Source: Lama guanicoe (taxonomy: Eukaryota). Taken from it: 64,000 bases of DNA. Below the pieces are notes generated by a model. The model had not been told where the DNA came from. It saw nothing but the letters and a program-made list of their open reading frames with translations, and ran no database searches. Below, piece after piece: positions 1 through 12,697 of this stretch (positions are counted from its first letter, which is position 1; the number at the start of each line of letters is the position of its first letter). Where the stretch lies: contig MU056000.1 of assembly GCA_013239625.1 (NCBI GenBank), positions 8,490,970 through 8,554,969 on the forward strand, given 5' to 3'. A program made the translations under genes and the position numbers.

Positions 1-510
1 GGATGACTGGATAAAGTAGATGTGGTATATTTATACAGTGGAATAGTACTCAGCCATAAAAACTGACAACATAATGCCATTTGCAGCAACATGAATGCTC
101 CTGGAGGATGTCATTCTAAGTGAAGTAAGCCAGAAAGAGAAAGAAAAATACTATATGAGATCGCTCATATGTGGAATCTAAAAAACAAAAACAAAAACAA
201 AAACAAAAAAACAAAGCATAAATACAAAACAGAAATAGACTCATAGACATAGAATACAAACTTGTGGTTGCCAAGGGGGCAGAGGATGGGAGGGGATAGA
301 CGGGATTTCAAAGTTGTAGAATAGATAAACAAGATTATACTGTAAAGCACAGCATAATATACACAAGATCTTATGGTAGCGCACAGGGAAAAAAATGTGA
401 CAATGAATATATATATGTTCATGTATAAATGAAAAATTGTGCTGTACACTGGAATTTGACACAACATTGTAAAATGATTATAAATCAATAAAAAATGTTA
501 AAAAAAAAAA
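1..510 (+). mobile_element. Young L1 3' end (ORF2 tail, 3' UTR, poly-A), cut by the window edge
   Basis: Typical L1 motifs (ctcagccataaaaa, gccatttgcagcaacatg, ctaagtgaagtaagccag). Ends aatcaataaaaaatgtt plus an A-run. Confidence 0.95.
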
Positions 511-659
511 GAATGCCTGTCATATTGAATTAGGCATTGTCTTTGACTTCCTACTTTAACAAATGAGAATTTAGCTCATTGAAACGATCCCTATTATTGT
601 CTGCATCCCAATTTTTGGTGCTTAGAAGTTTATGTCCCTGTATTGGTTAGGTTTTTTTT

Positions 660-1215
660 AACATTTTTTATTGATTTATAATCATTTTACAATGTTGTGT
701 CAAATTCCAGTGTTCAGCACAATTTTTCAGTCAGTCATTCATGGACATATACACACTCATTGTCACATTTTTTTCTCTGTGATTTATCATAACATTTTGT
801 GTATATTTCCCTGTGCTATACAGTGTAATCTTGTTTATCTATTCTACAATTTTGAAATCCCAGTCTATCCCTTCCCACCCTCTACCCCCCTGGTAACCAC
901 ATGTCTGTATTCTCTGTCCATGAGTCTTTAGATTCCACATATGAGCGATCTCATATGGTATTTTTCTTTCTCTTTCTGGCTTACTTCACTTAGAATGACA
1001 TTCTCTAGGAGCATCCGTGTTGCTGCAAATGGCGTTATGTTGTCGGTTTTTATGGCTGAGTAGTATTCCATTGTATAAATATACCACATCTTCTTTATCC
1101 AGTCACCTATTGATGGACATTTAGGCTGTTTCTATGTTTTGGCTATTGTAAATAGTGCTGCTATGAACATTGGAGTGCAGGTGTCATCCTGAAGTAGATT
1201 TCCTTCTGGATACAA
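660..1215 (-). mobile_element. Young 5'-truncated L1, same subfamily as 1-510, inverted
   Basis: Reverse complement of the L1 3' UTR. 16-bp TSD tggttaggtttttttt at 644-659 and 1216-1231. Confidence 0.95.
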
Positions 1216-2008
1216 TGGTTAGGTTTTTTTTAATGTACAGAATATTCATAAGCCTCTATTTCTGCTTCCATCAATGTTCCCCAGTATTACTTCAGCAATT
1301 AGGTACCAAGGTCACCAAAGCCAGAGGAATGAGGGCATATAACATACAGTACAGAGCTGTGATCTACATGGCAGAATTTATGAGAAATTCAGGAAAACAG
1401 ACTTAATTTCTAATATTAATTTCAAACTGTTCACTGTGTGATTGTTATAGATTTGAATGTGCAAAGCCAACAATATAACACATTTGTATATTTCTTCTCT
1501 GTACTTTGTCTGCAATTTGCACGCCCAGAGACCTATGAATGGAGGCATCTGCATGTTCCATAGGCTTACTTAAACAAAAGGAAATGCATGCCACGGTTTT
1601 TCTACCAAATGTATATTAAAGCAGCCATTATTATTAGAACTGCTAAGCCTATACACTAACTGGTATTATTCATGACTGTGTTTGAGAAAGTTATGTGCTG
1701 TTTTCTATGGTGGTCCTCACCCTTATTTCTTACTTTGGTACAAAGGGAAAACGAGCTGTTCTACCAGTAATAGTGCCTCCTTACAATGGAAATTCTCATC
1801 AGATGCAGGATATCAGGATATATCAGAATTTGGATAGGATGGTATGAGCACTGTAGTTTGAAAATAAGTACCACTTTTCTGTCCAAAAAGGTTCTAGAAG
1901 CTTATGGCCACTCTCTTCCCTCTCCTCTGCTCCACTACACCACATTAAACATCACAGATTTAAAACATAACGTGCAGACTCACAGTCATTGGAGCTTAAC
2001 TAAACGCA

Positions 2009-2182
2009 CTTCATTCACTGATTGCCAAATATTTCATGAACACCCACCACCTGGCAGGCCACGTGTGGGGAGCTGAGAACCCCTCCCCCAACAACACAGA
2101 GACCACGACCATCAGAGCTTACAGTCCAGAGAGGGGTACAGGGATCTAAACAAGCAATAACGATGCAGTGCAATAAGTGCTA
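2009..2182 (-). mobile_element. L2 3' fragment
   Basis: ttcattca start followed by degenerate L2 3' motifs (gagcttacagtccag, gcaataagtgcta). Confidence 0.6.
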
Positions 2183-2595
2183 AGCTCAGTCATTACTTAA
2201 ACTAACCCTGCCTTTCACGGGGAATTCTTTAATTTAGACTCAGATCCTCCTGGGGCTTTTCTGTAGCTCTGGGCCTTCGAGCAGTTTCATGCCAACTGTT
2301 TTGTGGTGCTTTTCATAGCTGCCAGAAGCTGACTTCTGTTACAGCTAGACAGTTTATATTTTAATATTTTTTTTCCTTCTAATTGGTCTGTTCACCACCT
2401 TAGATTCACTGGCATCCAGTTCTTTCATCTACTACAGGCAGTGATGCTATGGAAATATACACAACACAGGCATTCACCACAGAGTGAGCGACGTGCACCA
2501 AGGTTTCTGCATCTTCCTGGACTCAGCCACCCTTCTCTACCCGGATCATGACTCCATTCACTTCTTAGAAAACACAATTATTAATCATCTTTTTC

Positions 2596-2914
2596 AGGCT
2601 CCTCAGTTGCTTATCTAAATCTTTGGAATCACAAGTGTTTCCATACTCAAATTCTTTTGGATTTAGAAAGATGCATCTACTGTTTTTAGGTAACATTCCC
2701 AGCAGGGTCTGGGACAATGCAACCAAATATGTTACTATTTCTGAGACAAAAATATGAGTATCCACATCAAGTGGGATAAACTATGACTGCATGTAACTGT
2801 GCATCTGTCCGGGTTACACGTTGCCCCAGTGGCTTTTCCACGAACACATTGAAGACTTCTTGGTTTTCCAAGCCTTTTGTGTCTCTAAATCACAGGTAAG
2901 GCATTGAACACTTG
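2596..2914. mobile_element. MER46C-like TcMar-Tigger MITE
   Basis: Resembles remembered MER46C motifs (cccagcagggtctggg, aagtgggataaa). Degenerate terminal inverted repeats. Confidence 0.7.
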
Positions 2915-3888
2915 CACTAGCCACACTAGTTGACCCTTGAACAATCATCCACACATGCCAAATCTGATACCAAGATTTCTTCTTTAAAATAATTTTATCT
3001 TCCTTTAGTTATTCATTCTAATCCATCAGAACATGGTTTAAAACTATTACAGCAGAAAAGATCTGCACTGAAATACAGAGCACATTTTAGTCTCAAGATT
3101 CATGTGACCAGAAGCTCGGTGGTTACACATAAATTTCACTGTATGCATTATTACAAAAGATTCTGGAAGTGGAAATGAGAGTATTGACAATGACCAGCAA
3201 CACATCCAAGGCGATACTAATGAAACTAACTTGGGCCACTAATGGTACAAATCCAATAAGAGGGGAAGATTGCTAGAATTATCAACCGTGAGGCTGCTGG
3301 GGGCTACTTGAATCTGTGGGTGTAATAGAAGGGGGAGTTCCCAGAACTGACCTCCCTGGGAATGACGCAGGCAGAGCACTGAGCTAGAGTCTAAACATTT
3401 ACACAAAACATGAAAGCACAAACCTTTCTGTGATAAGGATGGAGAACCTGGATGTTTTCCTAATCAGGTTTTCGACTATGGCAGCCTTACTTTAAGCCTC
3501 TCAGTACAACTGAATTCTAAATGGGCTATCCATTTATTCCAGCATTCCATGTAATGACACCACTTTCAAAGTGATATAAAGCCGTGCATAACCCAAGAGA
3601 ACACAAAAGATGAATTCTGAGAATTTTCACACTTCAAATTCACAAAGTATATTGTGTCACAATAAATTGGCAGGGTTTGAACTTACTCACCTTTTCTTAG
3701 ACCATATACTGAGAAGGTTATTTAAAAAACCAAGGAATATGCATGTATTACCTAACTCTGAATTTATTTGTCACGACTGGATACCTTTAAAGCAGGAATT
3801 AATAAGCAAATGGTAAAGAAAGAGGGAGTCCTGGAAGAAAGTCATGTGTGTGGCCAGGAAAGGAATAATTGAGTCAGAGCAGACTCAC

Positions 3889-4028
3889 AGGTCTCCCAAG
3901 TCAAGTGGTACCTCCTCAGCACCATCAAATGATGATTTATCACCAGCTGTATGCAGAAACAAGGTACAGCTCTGCTTTACACCAGGATACAGGACAGGGC
4001 CACAGCTCGCAGAAGGGTCACAATTTAG
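3889..4028 (-). CDS. Candidate 140-nt exon of an unidentified minus-strand gene (coding or 5' UTR)
   Basis: Very strong acceptor ttttgttttcttttggtttcccccag| and donor CCT|gtgagt. Only one frame is open throughout: LNCDPSASCGPVLYPGVKQSCTLFLHTAGDKSSFDGAEEVPLDLGD (phase-0 entry). Confidence 0.5.
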
Positions 4029-5384
4029 CTGGGGGAAACCAAAAGAAAACAAAAACAAAAAAACTGTGAAGAACAATTAATGGTGTCTTCCGTCAAACGC
4101 ATGGTGCAATCAATAACAGTTAAATGGTGCACGGTATGAGGGGAGTCGCTGGTACCCTACCGTGAAAAGTCATCGTCTGAAGAGGGAGGACTTGTACCAA
4201 TTCTCAATGGATGAGTAGAACTTAAGAAACTGTATCAGCAATAATTGCTGGCATTACGACCCAGTAAATGCAGCAAAGAAAATGTCAGTCTCAAAAGCAT
4301 GGAACCTGACAGAACTCTACCTTTCAAACACTGAGAAAATCATGTGCCCAGAAAAACTTGGTTCCCTAAACATAAGAACTGAATTTAAGGCCACATGGAC
4401 CCAACTTGAAATCCATATTCTTGAATATATGAAATATTTTGCATATAACATGCTATGCGTTATACAGAAAATCCGTATCTGGCATCCAGCACAGTGATTT
4501 TAAATGGTGTTAAGTACATTTCCCAGGCATTTGTGAAAGTTGCCATCTGAGCTATTATGGTAATTTCAGTTAAACTGCTAAGATTATGACACAAGCTTAA
4601 AAGGCAATTAACAATAACCATGACACTGATGATGAAAAAGAAGAAAGGCCTCCATTAAGGATGGTTGTAGAGTTTGGGATGATAATCATAATTTTTTAAA
4701 GGGTTTACTACAGCAAATTAATTTTTTAGTGTAATTTTGAAAAGCAAATCTGATAAATTATAAGAAATGCCAAACCACTGCCTGAAGCAACGTTTTGAAA
4801 ATTAAATGTGCATTGCATTGAATGTTTAAATGTGGATTACTACTTTTAACAAATGCTGATTTCTACATTAAAAATGAGCATATTTTCTACTTATTAAAAA
4901 TATAAGTTGCAATTACATCAATTGTGTTGTGCTAGAAAAATCATTAATGTGAAAAACAACCTTGTTTCTCAGGCTTATTATAAGGCATGATTGTAATTTA
5001 AAGAGCAAATTACTAGGGTGTGTATGTGGGTGTATGTGTGTATACATGTATGCTACTGATTAAAATGAAAAGCAATGAACCTCTTAAGTCAGCTAATTAA
5101 GTATTGTCATACCATTTTAGATGCGAGTTTAAAAACCTCAGGGTAAATTAATCAACACCTGAAGTCAGCACTTAAGGACTTAGTTTTAAAGAAAGACATA
5201 CTCTGTGACACGCTGGTGAAAACGCTTCGTATATCAGTATCTGTAAGGCTACACGTTATACGGATCATCTGAACTTTACTACGGTTTGTGTCATGAATTA
5301 GAAATGCTCGTTATACTTTAAGCCATAAGAAACCATCTTGTAAGTTTTGTATTCAAAACACATTACTAGAAATATATAAGGATT

Positions 5385-5572
5385 TTTCATTCGGCCAACA
5401 AATACTTGGCGGACTTCCTAGGAGCCAGGCACTCTGGGGGTCTGTAACGGGGATACTGAGTCTGACGGAACTGATGGCATCACGCCGCCTCACACCGCTT
5501 GCAGCTGAGCCAAAATCTGACCTTGGCCTTCCAATTCCAAATGCCCTGCTCTCTCCAGAGCACAACACTGCT
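5385..5572 (-). mobile_element. L2 tip plus MIR fragment
   Basis: ttcattcggccaacaaatac (L2 end), then MIR-like actgagtc...gagccaaaatctga...cacaacactgct. Confidence 0.5.
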
Positions 5573-6156
5573 ACTTAATTGAGAACTGGGTAGAGAGTGG
5601 TAACTACCGAGAAGGTGGCTGAGCACCGCCTTGGGAACGTACAACACCAGCTCCAGCTCTCAGCTTAATGGGCTGGGAAAACTGCCGACGGGCTTGGGCT
5701 GGTATTGCCGTCTTAACTGCCCTGATGTGTGCACACATGTAACACAACTGACAGACCCCAGATCGGATTTCTGTAAAAGACCGGCAGGAAATAAGATGAT
5801 GCATTAACACAAATAAATCCAACAGGCTTTCAGAAGTTCTCTTTGGATAAGTCAAGATGGAGGGTGGCAAAAGTTTCCATTCTGTGCATTGAAAAGCTAG
5901 AGCCAGCCAATTTCAGCCGGGTCCAACTGATGTCCTAGTTTTATATTCTGCATTGATAAAAAGTGAATTAAGCTTCGGATCTGTTTTCACTTTGGCATTT
6001 AAAGATAAAAAGGAGCAGCTACTGAGGATTTTCCCACTTCAATAATGGGAGGATCTGATTAGAAAAGTCACATGATACTGGCTTCACTGTCAGGCCATAA
6101 TTTAAGGCTTGGTAGCCCAGCCCCTTTCTAGACACCAGATCTACAGATAAACTGTC

Positions 6157-6534
6157 TGCTACGGATTAAATGTCTCTGCTCTACCCTCTTCCCCTCCCTG
6201 CAAATTCACAGCTTGAAACCCCAGCCCTAGTGTGGTTGTGTTTGGAGAAAAGAAGTAATTAAGGTTAAATGAGGTCATAAGAATGGGACCCTGACTTGAT
6301 GGGATGGGTGCCCTTGTAAGAAGTAATGCTCATGCACCCCCTCTCCCCCTCCTCCTCCATCCCTCCCCCTTCTTCTCTCTCCCTACAAGTTGGAAAGAAT
6401 CTCCTCACCAGTAAGTGAACTGGCCACAACCTCCATCTTGGACTTCTTGCCTCCAGAACTGTAACTAAATAAATCTCTGCTCTATGAGCTCCCCAGTCTC
6501 TGGTTATTTTGTTATGGCAGCTGAAGCTAATACA
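6157..6534 (+). mobile_element. ERVL-MaLR LTR (MLT1A/MST-like)
   Basis: taattaaggttaaatgaggtcataag, cttggacttcttgcctccagaactgt, ending ttgttatggcagc...taataca. Confidence 0.85.
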
Positions 6535-8467
6535 CTCTCCTTGGCTGAACAGAGGGAAGCTGGCAATGTCTTAGGTTAGGAACAGCATCAGACAGGGCAT
6601 CCTGAGAAAGATACGTGAGTGCTTTTCTATTCAATTATCTTCTTTAAAAATCGTTATGAAAATGGCCAACCTCATAAACATCGAGTGTTGCTGTGATGCA
6701 GTAAAAGGACACATGAAATGGATTCATCAAGTACTTATTAAACACCTCCTAAGAGGAGCGCTAGTCCACTCAATGTTGAAGAGTCCAAAATCCCTGTTCT
6801 CGTGGAACTTACCTTCTAGAGGAGAGAACTACACACCACACACAGGTGACTCAGTGCATTGCTGACGTCCAGTGTGCAGGGCAAACCAAGCAGAGAACCT
6901 AAGTGGGGACTGTGGGGTGAGATGCTGCTTTTTAAATGGAGCAGATCAAGGTGCTCGCGGAGAACACAGTATCCGAATAAAAACTAGAAGGCACCTGAGG
7001 GGCAGGAGTCAAGCTAAGGACATTAATTACAGTATCATTACCATCATTCTGCGTCTGCAGTCCTTGCTATTCTAGTCCCATGTTTATTCCTGGGTTATAT
7101 TCGTTTTTGTTTTTGTTTTTTAAATTCTGTGAAAACCATACTCTGGTTAAGAGGTCATTTTAGAAGCAGGTTCAGATCCCTTCGGGCCTTTTGTAACTAC
7201 AAGCCTCGAAACAATCCTGAGGCTGACATGACAAGGCCCCTATCTTATCCTTCCAATTTCTTATTTCACATTCTTCCCAAGAGCAGACACTACAGAGTCT
7301 TCCCGGTATTTCTTGCTTTCCTAGACCATTTTTCAGTGGTTATGGTTTCTGCTTTGAATTGACTTGATCAGCACACTGACCTCAGATGTACGCAAAATCT
7401 AAGATGGAAAATAATAACAGAAAAAGCTTCTTTTGGTGATAAAGAAGAAGGTTCCTTTCTCTGGCTGATGTATTTGGAAATGTGATGCAAAGAAGTATTG
7501 TAGCCTTTGTTGTGTGAAAATGAAATACACCCTGGAATCAAGCTGCTTCTTCAGAGAGGACTAAGCAAAGGCAATAATGTAGACACATTATGGAGCCTTG
7601 ATCAAACCATGCCTGAAGTTCACATACCAGCAGACTTTTCAGATATGTTAGCAATAAATCCCTATGCTTATTTAATTTTTTTTTTGCTCTTTATGGGACC
7701 AAAGCAATCTGAACTACCACCCCTGTACACACACAAAAATGTAAACACATTCTCAAATATATACCTTCATGAAGCCACATAATTGGGCTTTTTCAGAATC
7801 TTATTTGTATCACATTCTTCCAGAATGAAGTGAAACAGCATTGCTCTGCCTCAGCCAGCTGAACCCTGGAATGTCTTCACAATCTAAAGTGTTCTCTGCT
7901 AATTTATAATTTTTATAGCCTGAATAACTCTCACCCTCCATCACTTGTTATAAACATATATTCACTATTTCTGCTCTTAATTGGGTCTTGTATGAACTGA
8001 CATGTACATCCAGATGTTTCCCAAGCAGCCAATAGTTTTACTGATACATATAGCTCACTTTATGTCAGCATCCACTTTCTAAAACAGCTCATAATGGTTT
8101 TAGAACAAATATTTTAATAAGCATTTTAACTGAAATGTTACCCAGGCTTTAAAATAAAGCTGTGATTTCCATACTTTACTAAAAGTCATTGGTGAGCACA
8201 CTTACTGCCCCAGGCAAATCCTGTAAGAATCTGATTAATTATTTGAGAAGTATAATCTATTACAGCCACCATAAAATTGCTGAAAGAATTATGCTACTGT
8301 TGTAATAAATTCTGGAGTTTTTAATTTATGCCTGCTTGTGTACCTAATAATATTTTCATCACCTATGTATTTTATTTACTGTATAGATCGATGATTTCCA
8401 GCAGATGTTATTTTGATATTGATGAAATTCAAATATTTCAAAGTTCAGTTAGGTGGTACCCAAAGTA

Positions 8468-8950
8468 TTTTTTTTTAATTGAGGTATAGTCAGTTACAAT
8501 GTGTCAATTTCCAGTGTACAGCATAATGTCCCAGTCATGCATATACACACATATATTCGTTTTCATATTCTTTTTCATTAAAGATTATTACAAGATATTG
8601 AATATCGTTCCCTGTGTTTTACAGAAGAAAGATATTTCACATTCTTTTCTCACTAAGTCTTTGTAGTTAGGTTGTATTTTATGCTTACAGAACATCTTAA
8701 TTTGGACTAGCTTCATTTTATTTTATTTGTTTTTTTTCATTAAAGGTTATACAAGATATTGAACATAGTTCCCTGTGCTATACGGAAGAAATTTGTTTTT
8801 TTTAATCTATTTTTATATATAGTGGCTAACATTTGCAAATCTCAAACTCCCAAATTTATCCCTTCCCACCCACCTTTCCCCTGGTAACCGTAAGATTGTT
8901 TACTATGTCTGCAAGTCTGTTTCTGTTTTGTAGATGAGTTCATTAGTGTC
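8468..8950 (-). mobile_element. Composite L1 3' end interrupted by a captured MER3/33 fragment (8630-8720)
   Basis: T-run plus L1 3' UTR at 8468-8630, then a MER segment. L1 resumes at ~8731, repeating ~60 bp already seen at ~8570-8630. Confidence 0.85.
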
Positions 8951-10946
8951 AAATCATGCCAATGCAGACTTTAAAATGAGTTTTAAATGTGTCTATACTT
9001 TGAAACAGAACACAGTTTTGTGTACCTGTGGAGAGCAATCCAGAATCTCATACATAAGAGGGAAAACATCTTGATGTTGCAAAACACTGAGTTCCCAGTG
9101 GGCACCCATCTAATTAAAAGACTTGGTAGACAAGGGCAGTTCACGTCCACGTGGGTGGGATATCACTGACGGATGTATTAACACTGTAGTGGGCGGCTAA
9201 TTTAAACAGCTCTGTGACAGAAAGGCAGATCTGTCTAAAATGAACCTCAAAGTGTGAAAGCAACAGTGACAGCACATGGGTTGATGGGACGGAGGGCTGC
9301 ACAAGGCATGTGAAAAACCAAGTGGATGGCATGTGGCCAGGGGAAAAAAGAAAGCCATACAGCAAATGATGAGCTCCTGTCGGTGAGGGCTAAGTTACCC
9401 TGAATTGTATCCAAGCTGCAGTTTTAATGGGCAAATGTCAAGGATCTTGCCAGCAATTCCCAGGTCTCAGTCTGAAAAGGACTCTGCAATGTCACTCAAA
9501 TATAGAGCACTTCCCTCCTTGATCAAAATAAAATGAAACATCGAATAGAAGCATAGCAGAAATAACAGACTTAGTGTTACAATACTTACAGTGTTACAAC
9601 ACAGTGGAGGTTACAATACAGATTTATGGTTAAGATTTCTTAATGAGGTAAGTGAGCTGGTGTGTCCATTATTATGATGAAATGGAGCTAAGTTACAACT
9701 GACCAGAGCAGATTTAATAGATCTAGATTATAAAAGGCAAACACTTTTCAAAGAATTTATCTTTAAGCTCTTCTCTCATTCTGTAGGAGTCTCATTAATG
9801 AGAGTTTTATGGATGCCAGGATCTTACCTGTTAAAGGAATTATATCTACAAATTATATCTAAAACCCAAATCCCTACAAAATGCAGGTTCATTAAGAGGA
9901 CAGATATCATTAGGGAGTGATGTACAGCCAAATATAGAAATAACATGAAGATAGCCATGAATGAAATGAAAATGAAAACAAAGAAACTGAAATTATTTCA
10001 AAACCATAGAAAAATGTGAAGTTTCTGTACCAATGAATTGAAATTAAAGTTAACATTAAATGTTAATTAAAACCAACATTAAAGTAGAACTTTTACCTGT
10101 ATTATTTTACTTTACATACTGAACTTGGAACAAAGAGTACCACCAAGATGCCTCCCTTCATAATTAAACAATAGTAAAGGCTTTAATGAGAGATGTCACT
10201 TGACAAATTGTTTCAAGTGACTGACAGCTACTGATCACTTTTATAAAACCCCTATGAGACTCTAACTGAGTTATTCTGATTACAGAGGAGTTAGTTGCAC
10301 TTTGCGCTGTGTAACAAACACTGCCTGGATTACGATGCCCAATTTTTTAAATCTAATTATGTTTAAATGGTAAATACCTTACATGTAAGCCAGTGGTCAT
10401 TAGTGATCAATTCGATCATTCCAGTAATAGGGCTTGTGCCAGCCATTTCTTAGTCTAACAGGATAAGGAGTGGAATCCTTCCTGGTGCCTGGGCATTTCA
10501 GCAGAAGCCCAAAGCAGGTTCTCACTCTATGAGTGAGAACAGCTGAGATGAACTGCAGTCAACCTCTTTCTTGCTAAGAGGTGGGGAGTCTGGTTCTAAC
10601 TTCAGGAGAACAAAGAGGAAGGCTCTACCTCCGCCCCTCATGCCACTGGTGGGGTCTCCAAGATACCCAGTGAGATGTAACAGAACGCCTGTGAGGAGAG
10701 GAGATGGCTTCCCCTCATTCCAGTGGATTCAGGGTTCTGTAGCTGTCAGGCAGCAGCAACTATTTATTAAGATTTCCTCTCCACTTGGGTCTTCCTGAAG
10801 ACATACGGAGGAATGGGGAGAAAAAGACACGAGGAATTCAAAAAGGTTTTCCTTGTTTCTTGTGGACTTTAGCTATACCAGCTAGTTTTTATTGCAAAGC
10901 AATAAATACACTTTAGAATAATTTTACTACAAAAATGACAAAGTAA

Positions 10947-11422
10947 CAAAAGAAAGGACACAAATGAGCTTCTTTACAAAACATAGGCTCACAGACAGAA
11001 AACAAACATGAGGGGGGAGGGTATAGCTCAAGTGGTAGAATGCATGCTTAGTATGTGTGGGGTCCTGGGTTCAATCCCTGGTATCTGCTCTAAGAACAAA
11101 TAAATAAACCTATTTACCTCCTCCCCACCAAAAAAACCCAAAACCCTAAAAAAAAAAACCAAAAAAAAGCATGGTTACCAGTGGAGAATGGGGGTGGGGA
11201 GGGATAAACATGGAGTTTGGGATTTGCAGATACTAACTACGATACAAAAAAAACAGATCAACAAGGTCCTACTGTATAGCACAAGGAACTATACTCAATG
11301 CCCTGTAATGGCCTATGATGAAAAAGAATATGAAAAGGAACATACATATATGTATAAAAGAATCACTGTGCTGTACGTAAAAAATTAACACAACATTGTA
11401 AATCAACTATACTTCAATTGAA
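10947..11422 (+). mobile_element. L1 3' fragment with a nested SINE
   Basis: L1 3' UTR motifs (aacaaggtcctactgtatagcacaaggaactat, aatcaactatacttcaat). 16-bp TSD aaaaatgacaaagtaa at 10931-10946 and 11423-11438. Confidence 0.9.
11012..11168 (+). mobile_element. Camelid tRNA-derived SINE (Vic-1 type)
   Basis: ggggagggtatagctcaagtggtag (A box), gggttcaatccc (B box), aaataaacct core and A-rich tail. Confidence 0.85.
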
Positions 11423-11517
11423 AAAAATGACAAAGTAAGAAAAATACTAGAGTGGAGTAAATCAACTATACTTCAATTGAAAAAAATGACAAAGTAAGAA
11501 AAATACTAGAGTGGAGT
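11400..11517. repeat. Perfect 59-bp tandem duplication
   Basis: 11400-11458 is identical to 11459-11517. Confidence 0.97.
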
Positions 11518-11689
11518 CTCAGATGACCACTCACACATGCCAACATAAAGAAAAAAAAATCTCCCATTTCTCCATAACAATTTTGATTTTTATGAGCCTA
11601 ATCCACCAGTTGGTGGAAAATTAAATTTCACCACAGTGAGGTGATTCAGGCAAGACTAAATAACTTAAACCATCTAACACGGGCTTTAC

Positions 11690-12194
11690 CTGTACGTCTG
11701 GGATCAACACCCAGGATTTCAGAGTCTGGCCTTCCCCTTTCTTTTCTTTGATGGTGCCCAATGGGAACGTGAGCGCATAGCTGGGGGTGGGCTCTGAGAA
11801 CTCCGGACGTCCTCTGTTCTGGGTTGTTGGCCACCCGGGGAGTGGAGGGGTTCTCTGTCGGCCTCTGCTACAAGTGCTGGGGCTGGGAAAATGCCCCAGT
11901 CTGCTCTCATGCTCTGGGCTGGGCAAGGTCAAGTCGGCGTCCCCTGGACTCAGGTGGGCCAACAGGTGCTCTCAGTCCTCTTGAGGTTTGGATGAATCCA
12001 AGCCAAAGCAATCTTTGCAGCATCCTTGACTGCATGGTCCCTCTTTCTGGCCATGGCAACATCCCTGGCCAACTCTTCAGGAGGAGCCTCAGCAGACTCC
12101 TGGGCCCTGTCCTGGCAGCTGGTGACCTTGTCCCTGGCAAGAGGACTTCAGGGGGACACAGGAGAGCTAGACAGCCCTGCACTCTGAAAAAGCC
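11690..12194 (-). other. GC-rich unique segment ending in a splice donor; candidate alternative or decayed exon
   Basis: Donor CAG|gtaaag at 11690/11689. About 90 stop-free codons end in phase 0 (…LKSWVLIPDVQ) with no in-frame ATG. X-box-like motif at 12047-12060. Confidence 0.3.
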
Positions 12195-12570
12195 CTGAAA
12201 TTTACTTTGATGAGTCTGCTCTTACTCGGTAGCATGCAAAGTGAACTCTTCTCTGACTGCTAAATGAAGAGCCCTCAACAGCCCATAGCTTTTGGCTTTC
12301 TTCTACATTCATCTAACACGCCTCCTTTTTTCAGAACTTCTGTTTGGAAGAGGGGTGACAGGACCACATGTCTGACTACCTGCTTCCCCTGCTTTTGCCT
12401 CATTCCTTCCCAACACTCACATGTGATCAGGACTCAGAAGTGAACCCTATAGTCTGACTTGTCAATTCTGGTTATTGATATGGTAAATGGGATTCAGGAA
12501 ATATGGACAATCCTTCTGTGTGCATACATCACAAGGCATTCGTGACAGACATGTTAAAAAGTTAAAGGCT

Positions 12571-12697
12571 GGGGGGAGGAAGTTTAGTGGTAGAGCAAGT
12601 GCTTAGCATGCACAAGGTCCCTGAGTTCAATCCACAGTACTTCCATCAGTCAATCAATAAATAAACCTAATTACCTCCTCCACAACCCCACCCCTCA
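12571..12697 (+). mobile_element. Camelid tRNA-derived SINE (Vic-1 type)
   Basis: agtggtagagc...tgcttagcatgcacaaggtcc...gttcaatcc. TSD aaaaagtta(a/g)ag at 12556-12567 and 12698-12709. Confidence 0.85.

Noticed and set aside
11012..11090. tRNA-like A/B boxes (also at 12571 and 32166)
   Set aside because: These are SINE heads with A-rich tails and TSD-like flanks, not tRNA genes.
11400..11517. Direct repeats as a CRISPR-like array
   Set aside because: Two adjacent copies, no spacers and no cas genes, in a mammalian context.
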